A stretch of 64,000 nucleotides of DNA from Bdellovibrionales bacterium (GTDB lineage Bacteria; Bdellovibrionota; Bdellovibrionia; Bdellovibrionales; JAUICD01), in assembly GCA_965197425.1 (NCBI GenBank), contig CBDANC010000014.1, positions 1-64,000 on the forward strand, read 5' to 3'. The position numbers and the translations under genes are program-made. Under the pieces are notes generated by a model that saw nothing but the letters and a program-made list of their open reading frames with translations, was not told where the DNA came from and searched no databases. Positions 30,417 to 41,041 of the stretch are shown here, in pieces; the first letter of the stretch is position 1; every line of letters starts with the position of its first letter.

Positions 30417-30638
30417 AGCAACGGTATCGGCATCAGTGTCCAGTGCTGGGCAACCACGAGGCCAAAAACCGACCGCAGGGAGGTTATTTCAATTGGAAAG
30501 TATAAGGATTCATCCCGTGAACCAATTGAAAAAAGCCTCATTGTTTTTAAAGTTACTGTGTCAAAACGTAATTCACCTGGCAAAAGTCAGCGAAGCCAAC
30601 TTGTTGCCAGGTTCAATCAATGCTGGGGAAGACCTTTA
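30417..30638 (-). repeat. Mosaic dispersed repeat, copy 7
   Basis: Same modules as copies 4 and 6; overlaps the mtgA 3' end. Confidence 0.92.
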
Positions 30639-31350
30639 ACTCCTCTTTTGCATTATTAAATTCCAACTCGTCTATTTTATTGTATTGAAATAAATCACCT
30701 AAAATATCAGATGTCCTCTCCATATTATACTCAGTCAATTTTCCATCAAGAAAGCCCTTGGAGTAAAGTACTGGATTTGGTAGTAGATGCGCCAAAAAAG
30801 CACTCTGAGCTAGGGACAAAAATACGGGATGTTTATTAAAGTAATACCAACTGGCATCATTAATGCCATGTAAATTTTCACCAAACTGAACAACATTAAT
30901 ATACTTTTCTAAAATTTGTTCTTTTGAAAGTATATTTTCCAAGTGATGGGTCATTACTGCTTCTTTCAGCTTTCTAATGATAGACTTTTCTTTATTTAAA
31001 AATACATTCTTCACTAGCTGCTGAGTTATTGTTGAGCCTCCCCTATAGAGTTTTTTTCTTTTTAGGTTGGTTTTAATGCTTTCTTTGAATTCTCTTAAGT
31101 CAAAACCAGAATGTGTATAGAATGCACCATCTTCCGATACCACAAGTGCATCTAGAAAGTGTAAAGATACAAAATTTAATCCTATATAACTCGGACTTTC
31201 TTCACATAACTCTACTTTATTCATACTAGTGGTAAGACATTCATTGATTCTCAATACCTTTTTCTTGTAGTAAAATGAAACAACAAAAAACAAAGCTAAC
31301 ATGCCTACCAATGCCAGTGATGAAAGCTGTATTAACTTCTTTTTTTTCAT
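30613..31350 (-). CDS. mtgA: Monofunctional peptidoglycan glycosyltransferase (GT51)
   Basis: SEDGAFYTHSGFD, GGSTITQQLVKN, RKLKE, KEQILEKYIN. Confidence 0.88.
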   Translation of the reverse strand: MKKKKLIQLSSLALVGMLALFFVVSFYYKKKVLRINECLTTSMNKVELCEESPSYIGLNFVSLHFLDALVVSEDGAFYTHSGFDLREFKESIKTNLKRKKLYRGGSTITQQLVKNVFLNKEKSIIRKLKEAVMTHHLENILSKEQILEKYINVVQFGENLHGINDASWYYFNKHPVFLSLAQSAFLAHLLPNPVLYSKGFLDGKLTEYNMERTSDILGDLFQYNKIDELEFNNAKEELKVFPSID

Positions 31351-31370
31351 ACAATATTAACTCCTTACCA

Positions 31371-32321
31371 TTAGTTTTTTATGAGCTTGTTTTCTATTGC
31401 CCAGTCAATACTTGTACCCAGCGTGTCTTTGGCAGGTTTTGGGTTAAATGAAAGCTCACTTTTTGCTTTAGCCCCATCAAACCAATGAAAGAGTACACCC
31501 AACAATGCTCTTTCGTAGCTTATGATAGGATTTATATTTATTGCTTTAAAAAATGGTTCCATATGACCTATTGATAGTAAAATACTCTTTGGTACTGGGA
31601 TAAATGGTTTTTTTACCTTAGCAAGCTCTGCTAACAATGAAAACATATCCTTTGTATATAAGTTTTCTCCAGATAGAATATATCTCTCTCCGTTAATTCC
31701 TTTCTCTATAGCACTGTATATGGTCTCTACAACGCTTTGTATGTCTACAGTACTTACACCACCTGGAGGGTAAAACCAAAACTCACCCCTAGCTATCTTT
31801 AGATGCAGTGACTTTCTAGAAGACTTTGCCATATCACCTGGCCCATAGACCTGCGTAGGATTTAATATTGAAGCCTCTATTTGTTTTTTTCTAGCAGCTA
31901 CTTTAACAATTTGCTCACTGAGATATTTAGATTGAAAGTAATCTATGTTTAAGTTGCATTCAGATTCTTCTGTTAAACTAATCGGTTTAAATGTTGCACC
32001 AACAGCAGCGGTAGAACTTATATGAATAAATTTTTGTACTTTTCTTTTAATAACAGCTGATACCACATTCTGTGTTCCATCAACATTAACCTTAAACATA
32101 CGATTCCTTGGGCCGTCTGTAACGCCAGCAGCATGTATCACTACATCAACACCCTTAAATGCACTCATTAAAGAATCTAAATTGGTCACATCTCCATGTA
32201 CATAATCATGGATATCATGCTTGTTTCTACACATGGATTTTACAGTAATATTCTTGCTTTTTAGATAACAAACCAAGTGACTTCCAATAAATCCATTGGC
32301 ACCAGTAACCAGAACAACCAT
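31371..32321 (-). CDS. NAD-dependent epimerase/dehydratase (extended SDR)
   Basis: TGANGFIG, HAAG, YFQSK, YGPGD. Confidence 0.88.
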   Translation of the reverse strand: MVVLVTGANGFIGSHLVCYLKSKNITVKSMCRNKHDIHDYVHGDVTNLDSLMSAFKGVDVVIHAAGVTDGPRNRMFKVNVDGTQNVVSAVIKRKVQKFIHISSTAAVGATFKPISLTEESECNLNIDYFQSKYLSEQIVKVAARKKQIEASILNPTQVYGPGDMAKSSRKSLHLKIARGEFWFYPPGGVSTVDIQSVVETIYSAIEKGINGERYILSGENLYTKDMFSLLAELAKVKKPFIPVPKSILLSIGHMEPFFKAININPIISYERALLGVLFHWFDGAKAKSELSFNPKPAKDTLGTSIDWAIENKLIKN

Positions 32322-32360
32322 ATATTAACTTTAAAGGGATTTGCTCATTATGTCCATTTT

Positions 32361-32646
32361 AACGGGATTGACATCAGTGTACAAAGCTGGGCAACCGCCA
32401 AGGCAAAAAACCGACCGCAGGGAGGTTATTTCAATTGGAAAACATAAAGGTTTATCCCGTGAGCCAATTAAACCAAAGTGAACAAGTCCACTTGTTTTTG
32501 ACTTCGTTAGGAACGACCTTGTGTAACGGAATCGGCATCGTGTCCACCAGGAAACAGCCACTCGGCTAAAAGATGCCTTGGTTACATTTGGACTTCGTCC
32601 TGCATTTCACCAATTCATCTTATCAGCCTCATTAGGCTCACCTTTA
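32361..32646 (-). repeat. Mosaic dispersed repeat, copy 8 (two units)
   Basis: Reverse complement starts TAAAGGTGAG at the cyclophilin stop; contains GGACTTCGTCC and CCAATTGAAATAACCTCCCTGCGGTCGG modules. Confidence 0.9.
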
Positions 32647-33312
32647 CTTTTCAATAGTAATGCTTTCAATAGTAACAGGTGTTATAGGTTTATCGTTATG
32701 CATGTTTCTTTCGACTGTACTGATTTCTCTTACAACATCCATACCAGAAACAACTTGCCCAAAAATGGAGTGTTTTCCATCCAAATGAGGCGTAGCATTT
32801 AATGTGATAAAAAACTGACTCTCCCCTGTGTTAGGACCAGCATTAGCCATAGACACCACGCCAGCTTTGTTATGTTTTAAACTAGGATTAAACTCATCTT
32901 GAATTTTAGAGCCAGTCCCACCTGTTCCGTTACCCAAAGGACAACCAGTTTGAATCATAAATGACGGTATAACACGATGAAATGTCAAACCATTATAAAA
33001 AGGCTTTTTTACAGTCTTTTTCTCTTTCATATCAAGATGATCCTTGGTCCCTTCTGCTAAACCAACAAAGTTAGCTACCGTTATAGGTGCATACCTTGAA
33101 AAAAGCTCAATCTTAATATCCCCTTTAGAAGTCTTAATGTTTCCAAACATCTTTTCCGCCTTAATATTTTTTGCCTTAGGTGACTTACTTCTAGATACAT
33201 CATCCTCACCCTTAGCAGAAAGATTTTGTGTTCCAAAAATCCCAACCATACCCACCACGCTTAATATTGTTATAAAGTTTTTAGGATTTGATTTTTTATA
33301 ATGAGTTATCAT
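32644..33312 (-). CDS. Cyclophilin-type peptidyl-prolyl isomerase, exported
   Basis: APITVANF, FHRVIPSFMIQ, SMANAGPNT..SQFFIT, HLDGKHSIFG. Confidence 0.95.
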   Translation of the reverse strand: MITHYKKSNPKNFITILSVVGMVGIFGTQNLSAKGEDDVSRSKSPKAKNIKAEKMFGNIKTSKGDIKIELFSRYAPITVANFVGLAEGTKDHLDMKEKKTVKKPFYNGLTFHRVIPSFMIQTGCPLGNGTGGTGSKIQDEFNPSLKHNKAGVVSMANAGPNTGESQFFITLNATPHLDGKHSIFGQVVSGMDVVREISTVERNMHNDKPITPVTIESITIEK

Positions 33313-34687
33313 TTGTATGCCACCCCCATTTTGGTTTGTAGTAATTATAGTTGTCTTGTGTAACTCTAATTATATTAGTTCCATTTAAATCTGTTATGTA
33401 TAGCTGTCTTTTGCCTGTTCTATTACTTACAAACATTATGCTACGACCATCAGGAGAAAAAGTTGGTTCTTCGTTATTTGATCTTCTAGAAAGCCTACTA
33501 GACTGAGTAAGTCTTTTCAAGTTATTTCCATTAGCATCAATAAGGAATATGTCGTAATACCCTCCCACATTACTAGCAAAGCTAATTTTTTTTCCGTCTG
33601 GTGACCACATTGGCGTAGAGTTATATCTACCTGCATAAGTAAGCCTTTTTAAATTTTGCCCGTTTGTATCTGAGACATATATCATAGGCCTCCCCGACCT
33701 ATCAGATGAAAATGCAATCCTTCTTCCATCAGGACTAACATCAACTTCAATGTTCATTGCACCTCTAGGACCATTAGTTAACCTTGATAGCCTCCTACCA
33801 GTAAGAGTATCAACACTATAAATATCAGCTCGTCCGAATGATGCAATTGTAAAAAATATGCTTCTTCCATCTTTTGCAAAAACACTTCCTGAATTACTAC
33901 CCTTTCTTGCAGATAAAATTTTTGTTCTACTAGTATCAAAACTGTAAATCAATAAATCTGCGTTTCTAATCCTTTGCTTTCTATGAAAAATAAATGATGT
34001 ATACGCCACATGCTTACCATCAGGAGACCATGAAGGAGAAAAAGAGGCAGTCCTATTTCTGCTAATCTGTTTTGCATTTCTACCATCCCAATCCATAACA
34101 AAAATTTCTTTTGCCGCAGATCTAGGAATACTCCTGGAAACCACGATCTTAGAGCCAAAATTCCCTCTCCTACCGGTAAGAGCTAACATCAGATCATTAG
34201 AAAATCTATTGGCAAGACGACTTATATTAGAAACTTTACTGCGGTAAATTCTACCAATGATCATTTTTTCACTAGATACGCTATAAGCATAAGACTCAAA
34301 AGTAACAATACCTTCACTTATGCTGTAAGCAGATTTAATGAGTATATCAGAACCTATTACCTTCCAGTTTTTAAAGTCAAAACCATTTGCAACCATTGTA
34401 TTAGGCTTTATGGATGAAGTTCTAATATCCTCCACATAAGCACTGGTACCCAAAAATTTAAAATAAAATGTGCTGTTTAAATTATTAAAAATCATTCTAT
34501 AAATGTTTTGTCCAACACCAAGCCCCTCTCTGGAAGATTGGGAATACTTTAGCGGAACAAGAGCTACAACTATTTTTTTTGTTTTCGCCTGATCAATATT
34601 GATGACATAGTCATTAGCACTAACATTTAAAGTAACTAATAAAATTAGTAATGTGAAAATTCTCATAATACCCCTGTTGCTAACCAT
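33296..34687 (-). CDS. tolB: Tol-Pal beta-propeller protein TolB
   Basis: TolB N-domain plus repeated P.WSPDG/SPDG PD40 motifs. Confidence 0.9.
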   Translation of the reverse strand: MVSNRGIMRIFTLLILLVTLNVSANDYVINIDQAKTKKIVVALVPLKYSQSSREGLGVGQNIYRMIFNNLNSTFYFKFLGTSAYVEDIRTSSIKPNTMVANGFDFKNWKVIGSDILIKSAYSISEGIVTFESYAYSVSSEKMIIGRIYRSKVSNISRLANRFSNDLMLALTGRRGNFGSKIVVSRSIPRSAAKEIFVMDWDGRNAKQISRNRTASFSPSWSPDGKHVAYTSFIFHRKQRIRNADLLIYSFDTSRTKILSARKGSNSGSVFAKDGRSIFFTIASFGRADIYSVDTLTGRRLSRLTNGPRGAMNIEVDVSPDGRRIAFSSDRSGRPMIYVSDTNGQNLKRLTYAGRYNSTPMWSPDGKKISFASNVGGYYDIFLIDANGNNLKRLTQSSRLSRRSNNEEPTFSPDGRSIMFVSNRTGKRQLYITDLNGTNIIRVTQDNYNYYKPKWGWHTNDNSL

Positions 34688-35470
34688 CTACGGAGAAAGT
34701 GAAAGCGTTATTCCACCAGCTTTAACCAAATCGACAAATTTATCAACTGGCCTTGGAAAAGGAGAAGCATCTTCGATGGAGTCTATCACACTCCTATCAA
34801 ACCTACTATCACCCGATGATTTTACCATAACCTGTTTTATCAAACGCCCATCTTCATCCAAAAACAATCTTACCTTGGCGTTTAAGTCAGATTGAGCAAG
34901 CCAACCTGGAATACTCCAATATCTTCTTGCATGTTCTCTTAAATCATCTATATACCGATCATAATCTATTCGCTCTAAACCTTGAAGAGCAGCTCCTGGA
35001 GATATTCTATTACCTTTGTAGGCATAGGAAGAATTTTCCTCCAAGTTTAGCTTCTTCTTCATTTCCTGTATCTGCTTTATTCTCTCTATAGCGCTTTTTC
35101 CAAAAGCATTTTCATTAACTTCTTTTTTAGCCTCTTTCTTAGCTTCTTTTTTCTTTTTAACCTGATTTTTTACAGGCTTTGGTTTATTAACAATTTTTTT
35201 GACTTCTTTACTAACTTCCTTCTTAACCTCTTTTTTAACTTCTTTCTTTTCTGGTTTTTGTACGGCTTCTTTTTGCCTAGGAGCTTCCATGGGCTCCTTA
35301 TCAGGCAAAGCTACCATGTCAACCCTTATAGCTGGAGGATTAGAAATAGTCTTGCTAGGCAAGATAATTGGCTTTATAGATAACAATATAAAGGCACACA
35401 CATGAAAAAAAATAGAACCTTTTAAACCCCACATACTAGGTAGTTTATAGAATACATTGCCTATTTTCAA
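34688..35470 (-). CDS. tolA: TolA/TonB C-terminal domain protein
   Basis: TM helix with S..FH, K/E-rich linker, W..P, KSSGD..FD.S...I..ASPFP; upstream of tolB. Confidence 0.75.
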   Translation of the reverse strand: MKIGNVFYKLPSMWGLKGSIFFHVCAFILLSIKPIILPSKTISNPPAIRVDMVALPDKEPMEAPRQKEAVQKPEKKEVKKEVKKEVSKEVKKIVNKPKPVKNQVKKKKEAKKEAKKEVNENAFGKSAIERIKQIQEMKKKLNLEENSSYAYKGNRISPGAALQGLERIDYDRYIDDLREHARRYWSIPGWLAQSDLNAKVRLFLDEDGRLIKQVMVKSSGDSRFDRSVIDSIEDASPFPRPVDKFVDLVKAGGITLSLSP

Positions 35471-35671
35471 GGGTAAGAAAAGTATTAATTTTACCCTAAA
35501 GGTTAATTATAATAATGCAAATATATCCTAGCAAAGCAAATTTTAACTTTATAACAAGGCCACATCTATGATAAGAAGCTTAATGCTTACTCAAAAGTAA
35601 CCAGAGTTCTTATAGTAAAAATGTTAACTAACTAGACTCAGAGTCAGTATGTGAACTTAAGGTTTTAGGAT

Positions 35672-36976
35672 ATGGAATTTAACTTAAAATACAAAACATC
35701 ATTTGATCTTATACTAGAATCATCAGTATCTGCCCTAGAAATAAACAAAGCATTCGATGAAGTTTATAAACACCTGTCAAATAATACGCAGGTAAAGGGT
35801 TTTAGAAATAAGAAAATTCCAATGAGTGTAGTAAAAACCAATTTTGCCAACAAAGCCAAAACGATGGTAGCTGACTTACTAATACAAAAAGCATATGACT
35901 ATACAAAAACACAACCACTAAAATTTATTGAATTAACAGACGATTTTTCTTCCTTAAATAACCTTCCATCAGAAGAAGAACCATATAAATTTGTCTTAAC
36001 ATTTAAAGTACAACCAATGCCAGAAATCAAAAGTACCTTAACTGGAATGAAACTAGAAATGCCAGACATCACAGCCACGCAAGACAAAATAGACTGGCAC
36101 CTAAATTTCTACAGAAGAGCAGAAAATGAAAAACAAATAATAGAAAATAGAGGGGCAGAAGAACACGACATACTGATTGCAGAAATCAAAGTTAAAATAC
36201 ACGGAGTTCCTTGTGAAAGTCTTTCAAAGAATCCAGGAATTATACATCTATCCAAACAAACTAATCCACAAGAAATGATAGATGAACTAATTGGAATAAA
36301 ACCCGGGGAAGACAGAACCATCCACATAGAACCTAAAAAGGATAGCTCCTATTATATCGACAGAGTTAAAAAAACATATAGTGTAAAAATATATAAAATA
36401 GTAGAACTACAACTTGCTCCGTTGGATAGCAACTTGGCTAAAAAATTTAACCAGAACTCAGTAGATGATCTAAAGACCTTTATAAAATCAATAGTCGAAT
36501 ATGGGTGCTCTGTCGACATTAGAAATAACTTAGAAAAACAAATAATAGATATTTTACTAAAGGAACAAAACACAGAACTAACTAAAAATTCCATCAACGA
36601 ACAAAAAAGTTTGATAAAAAATGATTTTAGAAAAGAAATGCTCATGTTAGGTTGGACATCCGAAAAAATTGATAAAAAACTACAAGAAATGGACGGTAAG
36701 TTAGAGCAAGAAAGTATAAACAAATGCAGTCTAGAACTTATTATCTCACAAATAATAGCTGAACTCAACATACAACCAACAAACCAAGACATAGAATCAA
36801 AAATCAAAGAAATATGTGCCAGAGAAATGAGGCCGGAAAACGAAATAAGAAAAAGATTTTCTAACAAACAAGGACTGATATACCTAAACTATCTAGTATC
36901 AAAAGATAAGGCTTTCAATCATATCATAACAACCGCAAAATTTAATAAAAACAAGGAATCAAATGACATCCACTAA
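35672..36976 (+). CDS. Divergent trigger factor-like protein
   Basis: KGFRNKKIP (variant of GFRxGxxP), central FKBP-like region (LIGIKPGE), helical C-domain; 434 aa. Confidence 0.75.
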   Translation: MEFNLKYKTSFDLILESSVSALEINKAFDEVYKHLSNNTQVKGFRNKKIPMSVVKTNFANKAKTMVADLLIQKAYDYTKTQPLKFIELTDDFSSLNNLPSEEEPYKFVLTFKVQPMPEIKSTLTGMKLEMPDITATQDKIDWHLNFYRRAENEKQIIENRGAEEHDILIAEIKVKIHGVPCESLSKNPGIIHLSKQTNPQEMIDELIGIKPGEDRTIHIEPKKDSSYYIDRVKKTYSVKIYKIVELQLAPLDSNLAKKFNQNSVDDLKTFIKSIVEYGCSVDIRNNLEKQIIDILLKEQNTELTKNSINEQKSLIKNDFRKEMLMLGWTSEKIDKKLQEMDGKLEQESINKCSLELIISQIIAELNIQPTNQDIESKIKEICAREMRPENEIRKRFSNKQGLIYLNYLVSKDKAFNHIITTAKFNKNKESNDIH

Positions 36977-38081
36977 TGTCGAAAAAATATCTAAATTTGA
37001 AGTAAAACTAGAAACGAGTTTTCCTAAAAACAGATGCTTAAAATCAAATAAAAAGAAGAAGAAAAGAAAACAGGAACTAGATCAAACCAAGGTAGAAAAC
37101 AATCTTCAACAAATAGTATATGAAACCCTCCTTAAAAATAATATGGCACCTACTGGAATACCAACATTTACACTGGATAACACAAACAGTAAATGTAACC
37201 TTACCTATCAAACAAAAATAAATCTACTAACTCCTATAAACAATATAGATCACCTCAAAGTTACAAAACATAATACAGATGCGACACAACAGATGATAGA
37301 CAATCAAATTGATGAAATTAAAAGAGACTCAACAAAATATTCCATCTTGAAAGAAGATAGAGGTGTGACAGAATCTGACCTTGTATATTTGGAAATTGAA
37401 ATTGCAAATGATTTGAAACTAAATCAATCAGTAATACTGAACAAACCATTTGAAATACCGAACCTGCCAAAAACTATTGTTGGAATGAAACTAAACGAAA
37501 CTAAAATCGTAGATGTACAATTACCAGATACTTTACAATATAGAAAGTATGCAGGTAAAACAGAGAACATTAAAATTACTGTTAAGCAAATTCTAACATA
37601 TGAATTTCCAACAATGAATGATACATTTTGCAAAACACTCGGGTTTGATGATGTAGTACACCACCTAGTGAATATAATTTCAGAAGTAATATCAAAACAA
37701 AAACAATCGTTTTATCTAAAAGTAGAAGAAGAAATATGCAGCCAACTACTAAAAAAATATCCTATCGAAGTTTCAGAACAAGCTATACAAGAGCATAAAA
37801 CACAGCTCGCAAACAAACTAAACTCCAAGCTCACTAAATACAAATGGTCCAAAAAGGAAATAGACGACTATCTAATAAAAGAATTAGAAAACCTTTTAAA
37901 CCAAACCAAAAAAGAACTTACACAAGATAGTATAACCTCTCAGCTAATAGCTTACTTTAAACAAAATTATAATATCGGGGAAGGGTATAACTTTGCTAAT
38001 TTAACAACAATAGATCCAAATCTAAAAAATATAATAAAATATAAAATTATCGATCACATTATAAAGACTAGTGATACCTAA
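36963..38081 (+). CDS. Second, more divergent trigger factor-like protein
   Basis: DRGV..SDLV, IVGMKLNETK.VDVQLP..Y....YAGK FKBP-like segment; ribosome-binding motif absent. Confidence 0.65.
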   Translation: MTSTNVEKISKFEVKLETSFPKNRCLKSNKKKKKRKQELDQTKVENNLQQIVYETLLKNNMAPTGIPTFTLDNTNSKCNLTYQTKINLLTPINNIDHLKVTKHNTDATQQMIDNQIDEIKRDSTKYSILKEDRGVTESDLVYLEIEIANDLKLNQSVILNKPFEIPNLPKTIVGMKLNETKIVDVQLPDTLQYRKYAGKTENIKITVKQILTYEFPTMNDTFCKTLGFDDVVHHLVNIISEVISKQKQSFYLKVEEEICSQLLKKYPIEVSEQAIQEHKTQLANKLNSKLTKYKWSKKEIDDYLIKELENLLNQTKKELTQDSITSQLIAYFKQNYNIGEGYNFANLTTIDPNLKNIIKYKIIDHIIKTSDT

Positions 38082-38099
38082 TCATATCAATAACAACGC

Positions 38100-39143
38100 T
38101 TAAGACTTTCTTTTTTTGAATTCTTTGGCAAAGTCGTCTGCAATAGTCTTTAACCTTCCAAAAACGTAGTCACCCTTTCTGATTTCCAGTCCTTCATTTT
38201 TACCTGAAAGTAGATTCTTTAAAAATCTCTCTAAAGCAAACAAGGGGCCGACAGTTCTATGGGATAAAATTAAACCTATATACCCCATAGCCCCCATAAA
38301 GATTGTACTCAACACCAAGTGTATTATGATAAACGAAGCTAAAAACTTCTTTTTACTTGGAATAGATGAAGGGTCATCAAGCACTACACTTAAGAATGTA
38401 TAAGAATAAACCAAAGTAATTATAGCAAATGCCATCACAAAAAGTATTAGCCTTATACAATACTTATACTGATATTCTTTATCAGATAAATATTTTTTTC
38501 TTAAGTTATCTATGGGCCATAGCACAGAACCACCCTTTAATAAATAAATGATGATTATTGCACAACCCACCCACTGAAAAGCATCTGCAAAGTTCCAAAT
38601 AAACTTATAACTAAAACCCTTTTCCCAGGGAATCTTAATCTGAATAAATATAAAATCTGTAATTTTCTTATTAACTATCCTGTCTGCAACATTACCTAAT
38701 ATACTACCTAACAACAAAGAGATACCTGCCCTAAGAGCCAGCATTTTATGTGGCAAGAACATCTGTATCATTATAAAAATAAAGATAAGTATTGCACCCA
38801 CGGTCGAAAGAGATACAACCTTTTGAATTTGTGGTAGATCAGAAAATGTACTTAAAATAATTCCTGAGTTAGTCTGACATTCTATACCAAACTTAATGCC
38901 CCAAAAACCATGCTCCGATTCGGGAACACGATCATCACATATGTTAGACTCACTTAACTCATCTTCAAGAAAAATAGTGTCTTCATTCCTGGGAATAATC
39001 TCCTCTACTTCAGTATCCTGAGTACCATCCTTATAACAATCACCGCAAAAATGATATTTTGTATATAAATCAGGTATTAAGGTAATTGCTATTGGAACAA
39101 AAACAACCAATAACCAATCCAATTTCCCCATACTACTCTTCAT
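38100..39143 (-). CDS. lspA: Lipoprotein signal peptidase II with C-terminal membrane extension
   Basis: DLYTK, NSG, GNVADR, ITDF, WNFADA motifs; 347 aa. Confidence 0.75.
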   Translation of the reverse strand: MKSSMGKLDWLLVVFVPIAITLIPDLYTKYHFCGDCYKDGTQDTEVEEIIPRNEDTIFLEDELSESNICDDRVPESEHGFWGIKFGIECQTNSGIILSTFSDLPQIQKVVSLSTVGAILIFIFIMIQMFLPHKMLALRAGISLLLGSILGNVADRIVNKKITDFIFIQIKIPWEKGFSYKFIWNFADAFQWVGCAIIIIYLLKGGSVLWPIDNLRKKYLSDKEYQYKYCIRLILFVMAFAIITLVYSYTFLSVVLDDPSSIPSKKKFLASFIIIHLVLSTIFMGAMGYIGLILSHRTVGPLFALERFLKNLLSGKNEGLEIRKGDYVFGRLKTIADDFAKEFKKRKS

Positions 39144-39332
39144 AGAATAACAGTCTATATTTCCACATGACCATTTTCAAATACCTAACCCAATTTAGCC
39201 AACACCCAGGACCAAAGGCGTTGCTCTAACAGCAATTTTTGATCAATAAGCCGTAGCGGGATACCTCTAAAGCATGTGTAGTCATCTGCAGTGAGTATAC
39301 CTAAAGCGTACTTCCAAAGCATGATATATTTA

Positions 39333-40823
39333 TTATATTGGTGATGGAGATACTTCTTCTTGAATAGAAGAATCAAACTGCCGTATTTTTTTTCTTAACA
39401 TTCTAATAATTCTTTGTTTGTCCATAAAAGATTTTATCATGCTACCGGGATATCTATCCCAAACCGCACAACAAATGTGTTCCTGTGCTGTCAATAGTGC
39501 TGACAACCCTTTATTGTCCCTCAACTTGGGCTTAATCCTAGGATGGGCTAATAAAAGTTCAACAGCATAAGGAACCATCTCCCTTGCAGCCATAATTAAA
39601 GGAGTTGTCTTATCAAACGAAGCCAAGTTTACATCAATATCAGGGTGTTTCAAAAACATTGGGATTACCCACTGACTACTAGCTCTAACTTCAAGCGGAC
39701 CACTGTCTTTAATAAGTAAAGTCAACGCAGGCATATTAAAAATATCCTGAGCATTTACATCTATACCACCCACACCATCTACACCATCCACCTGAAGCAG
39801 CTGCTCTATCACATAAGCTCGTTTGTTCCTGGCTGCAACAACCAAAGCTGTTTCACCCAACTGATTAGTGGCATTCACTTCGATACCAGTATAAGAAAGC
39901 AAAAGTTTTATAACTTCCAAATGGCCATTACGACTTGCTGCTATTAAAGGCGTACTTAATATTATAGAGCCACCAGTATTGACATCTATATTCTTTACTC
40001 CTAGTAAGCTTGCTACTACATCCACATGGCCATTCTTTGCGGCTAGCAATAAAGCAGTCTGATGTTTAAGGTTTTTGGAATTTACATCAATATCATCAGA
40101 TGCATCAAGCAAAGTTTCCACAGCGTCGTCATGTCCATTCTGTGCTGCCAACATAAGAGCATAGTTCCCCGTATTATCTACTACATGTAAGATATTTATA
40201 TGTGTACTAGCAGCAAATGCAAGTAATTCTCTTATCACATCCATATGGCCATTCTCTGCTGCTAACATCAAAGCTGTACGACCATACAAATTTCTAGCAT
40301 TCAAATTGATATTAAAGTTATCCAGCAAAACTCTAATAACACCTACATGTCCGTTCTGTGCTGCTAACATCAAAACAGTGTTATCCATTTTATCTTTGGC
40401 ATCTACATTTATCTTACGTACTGCAATCAACTCTCCTACCACATCCACATGGCCATTCTTTGCCGCCAACATCAAAGTTGTCTCTTCAGCATCATTACGA
40501 TACTCTGAATTTATACCCTTAACTTTAAGCAATTCTCTTACCAGATCCACATCCCCAATACTTGCAGCTACCCCAAAGGTAGATAAAGGGAAATTTTTAT
40601 TATCTAAATTCCAGACATCGAGCAAAACCCTAGGAGCATCCAACCCCTTAATGTCATAGATGGTACTAACAACAGGATGGTTGGAATATTTTGTCTCTAA
40701 AAACTTAACTGTTAATGTATCTTTAAAACCAACAAGAGCCTGTACACAATCTACACTCCATGCAGTTTGCGAGAAAATCAAAGTTACCAACAACAACAAA
40801 ACACGCCCCTTAACGCCTACCAC
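39333..40823 (-). CDS. Secreted ankyrin-repeat protein (~10 repeats)
   Basis: Signal peptide; repeated T.LMLAA.NGH..V...LL....DVN. Confidence 0.95.
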   Translation of the reverse strand: MVGVKGRVLLLLVTLIFSQTAWSVDCVQALVGFKDTLTVKFLETKYSNHPVVSTIYDIKGLDAPRVLLDVWNLDNKNFPLSTFGVAASIGDVDLVRELLKVKGINSEYRNDAEETTLMLAAKNGHVDVVGELIAVRKINVDAKDKMDNTVLMLAAQNGHVGVIRVLLDNFNINLNARNLYGRTALMLAAENGHMDVIRELLAFAASTHINILHVVDNTGNYALMLAAQNGHDDAVETLLDASDDIDVNSKNLKHQTALLLAAKNGHVDVVASLLGVKNIDVNTGGSIILSTPLIAASRNGHLEVIKLLLSYTGIEVNATNQLGETALVVAARNKRAYVIEQLLQVDGVDGVGGIDVNAQDIFNMPALTLLIKDSGPLEVRASSQWVIPMFLKHPDIDVNLASFDKTTPLIMAAREMVPYAVELLLAHPRIKPKLRDNKGLSALLTAQEHICCAVWDRYPGSMIKSFMDKQRIIRMLRKKIRQFDSSIQEEVSPSPI

Positions 40824-41041
40824 TAGTACCTCCCGATACTAAACAAATATCCTTTTTGGGAAGCGCATCGTAGCATGTGCACACCCCTAAAAACCATAAA
40901 AATACACGGCTACCTATATTTTCAACAAATCATGTACCCAAATAGATATATTCTTTTAAAATTTGTACAAAATATGAGAAATAAATCCCCAAAACTGAAA
41001 TTGGGGTTAAACACTCTTATTAAGCTAGAAAGAATAATATA

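Noticed and set aside
2931..32802. Short ORFs sharing peptides such as REVISIGK, ELRFDT and ASCPELVRHSAKK (e.g. 2931..3203, 11171..11485, 20948..21133, 29720..30071, 30395..30639, 32331..32561)
   Set aside because: They are translations of the dispersed repeat in varying frames and strands, with no consistent start, SD or length.
39185..39376. Small ORF containing ALGILTAD, reminiscent of the PgeF/YfiH motif
   Set aside because: The following Cys and HAGW motif are absent; too short to support a pseudogene call.
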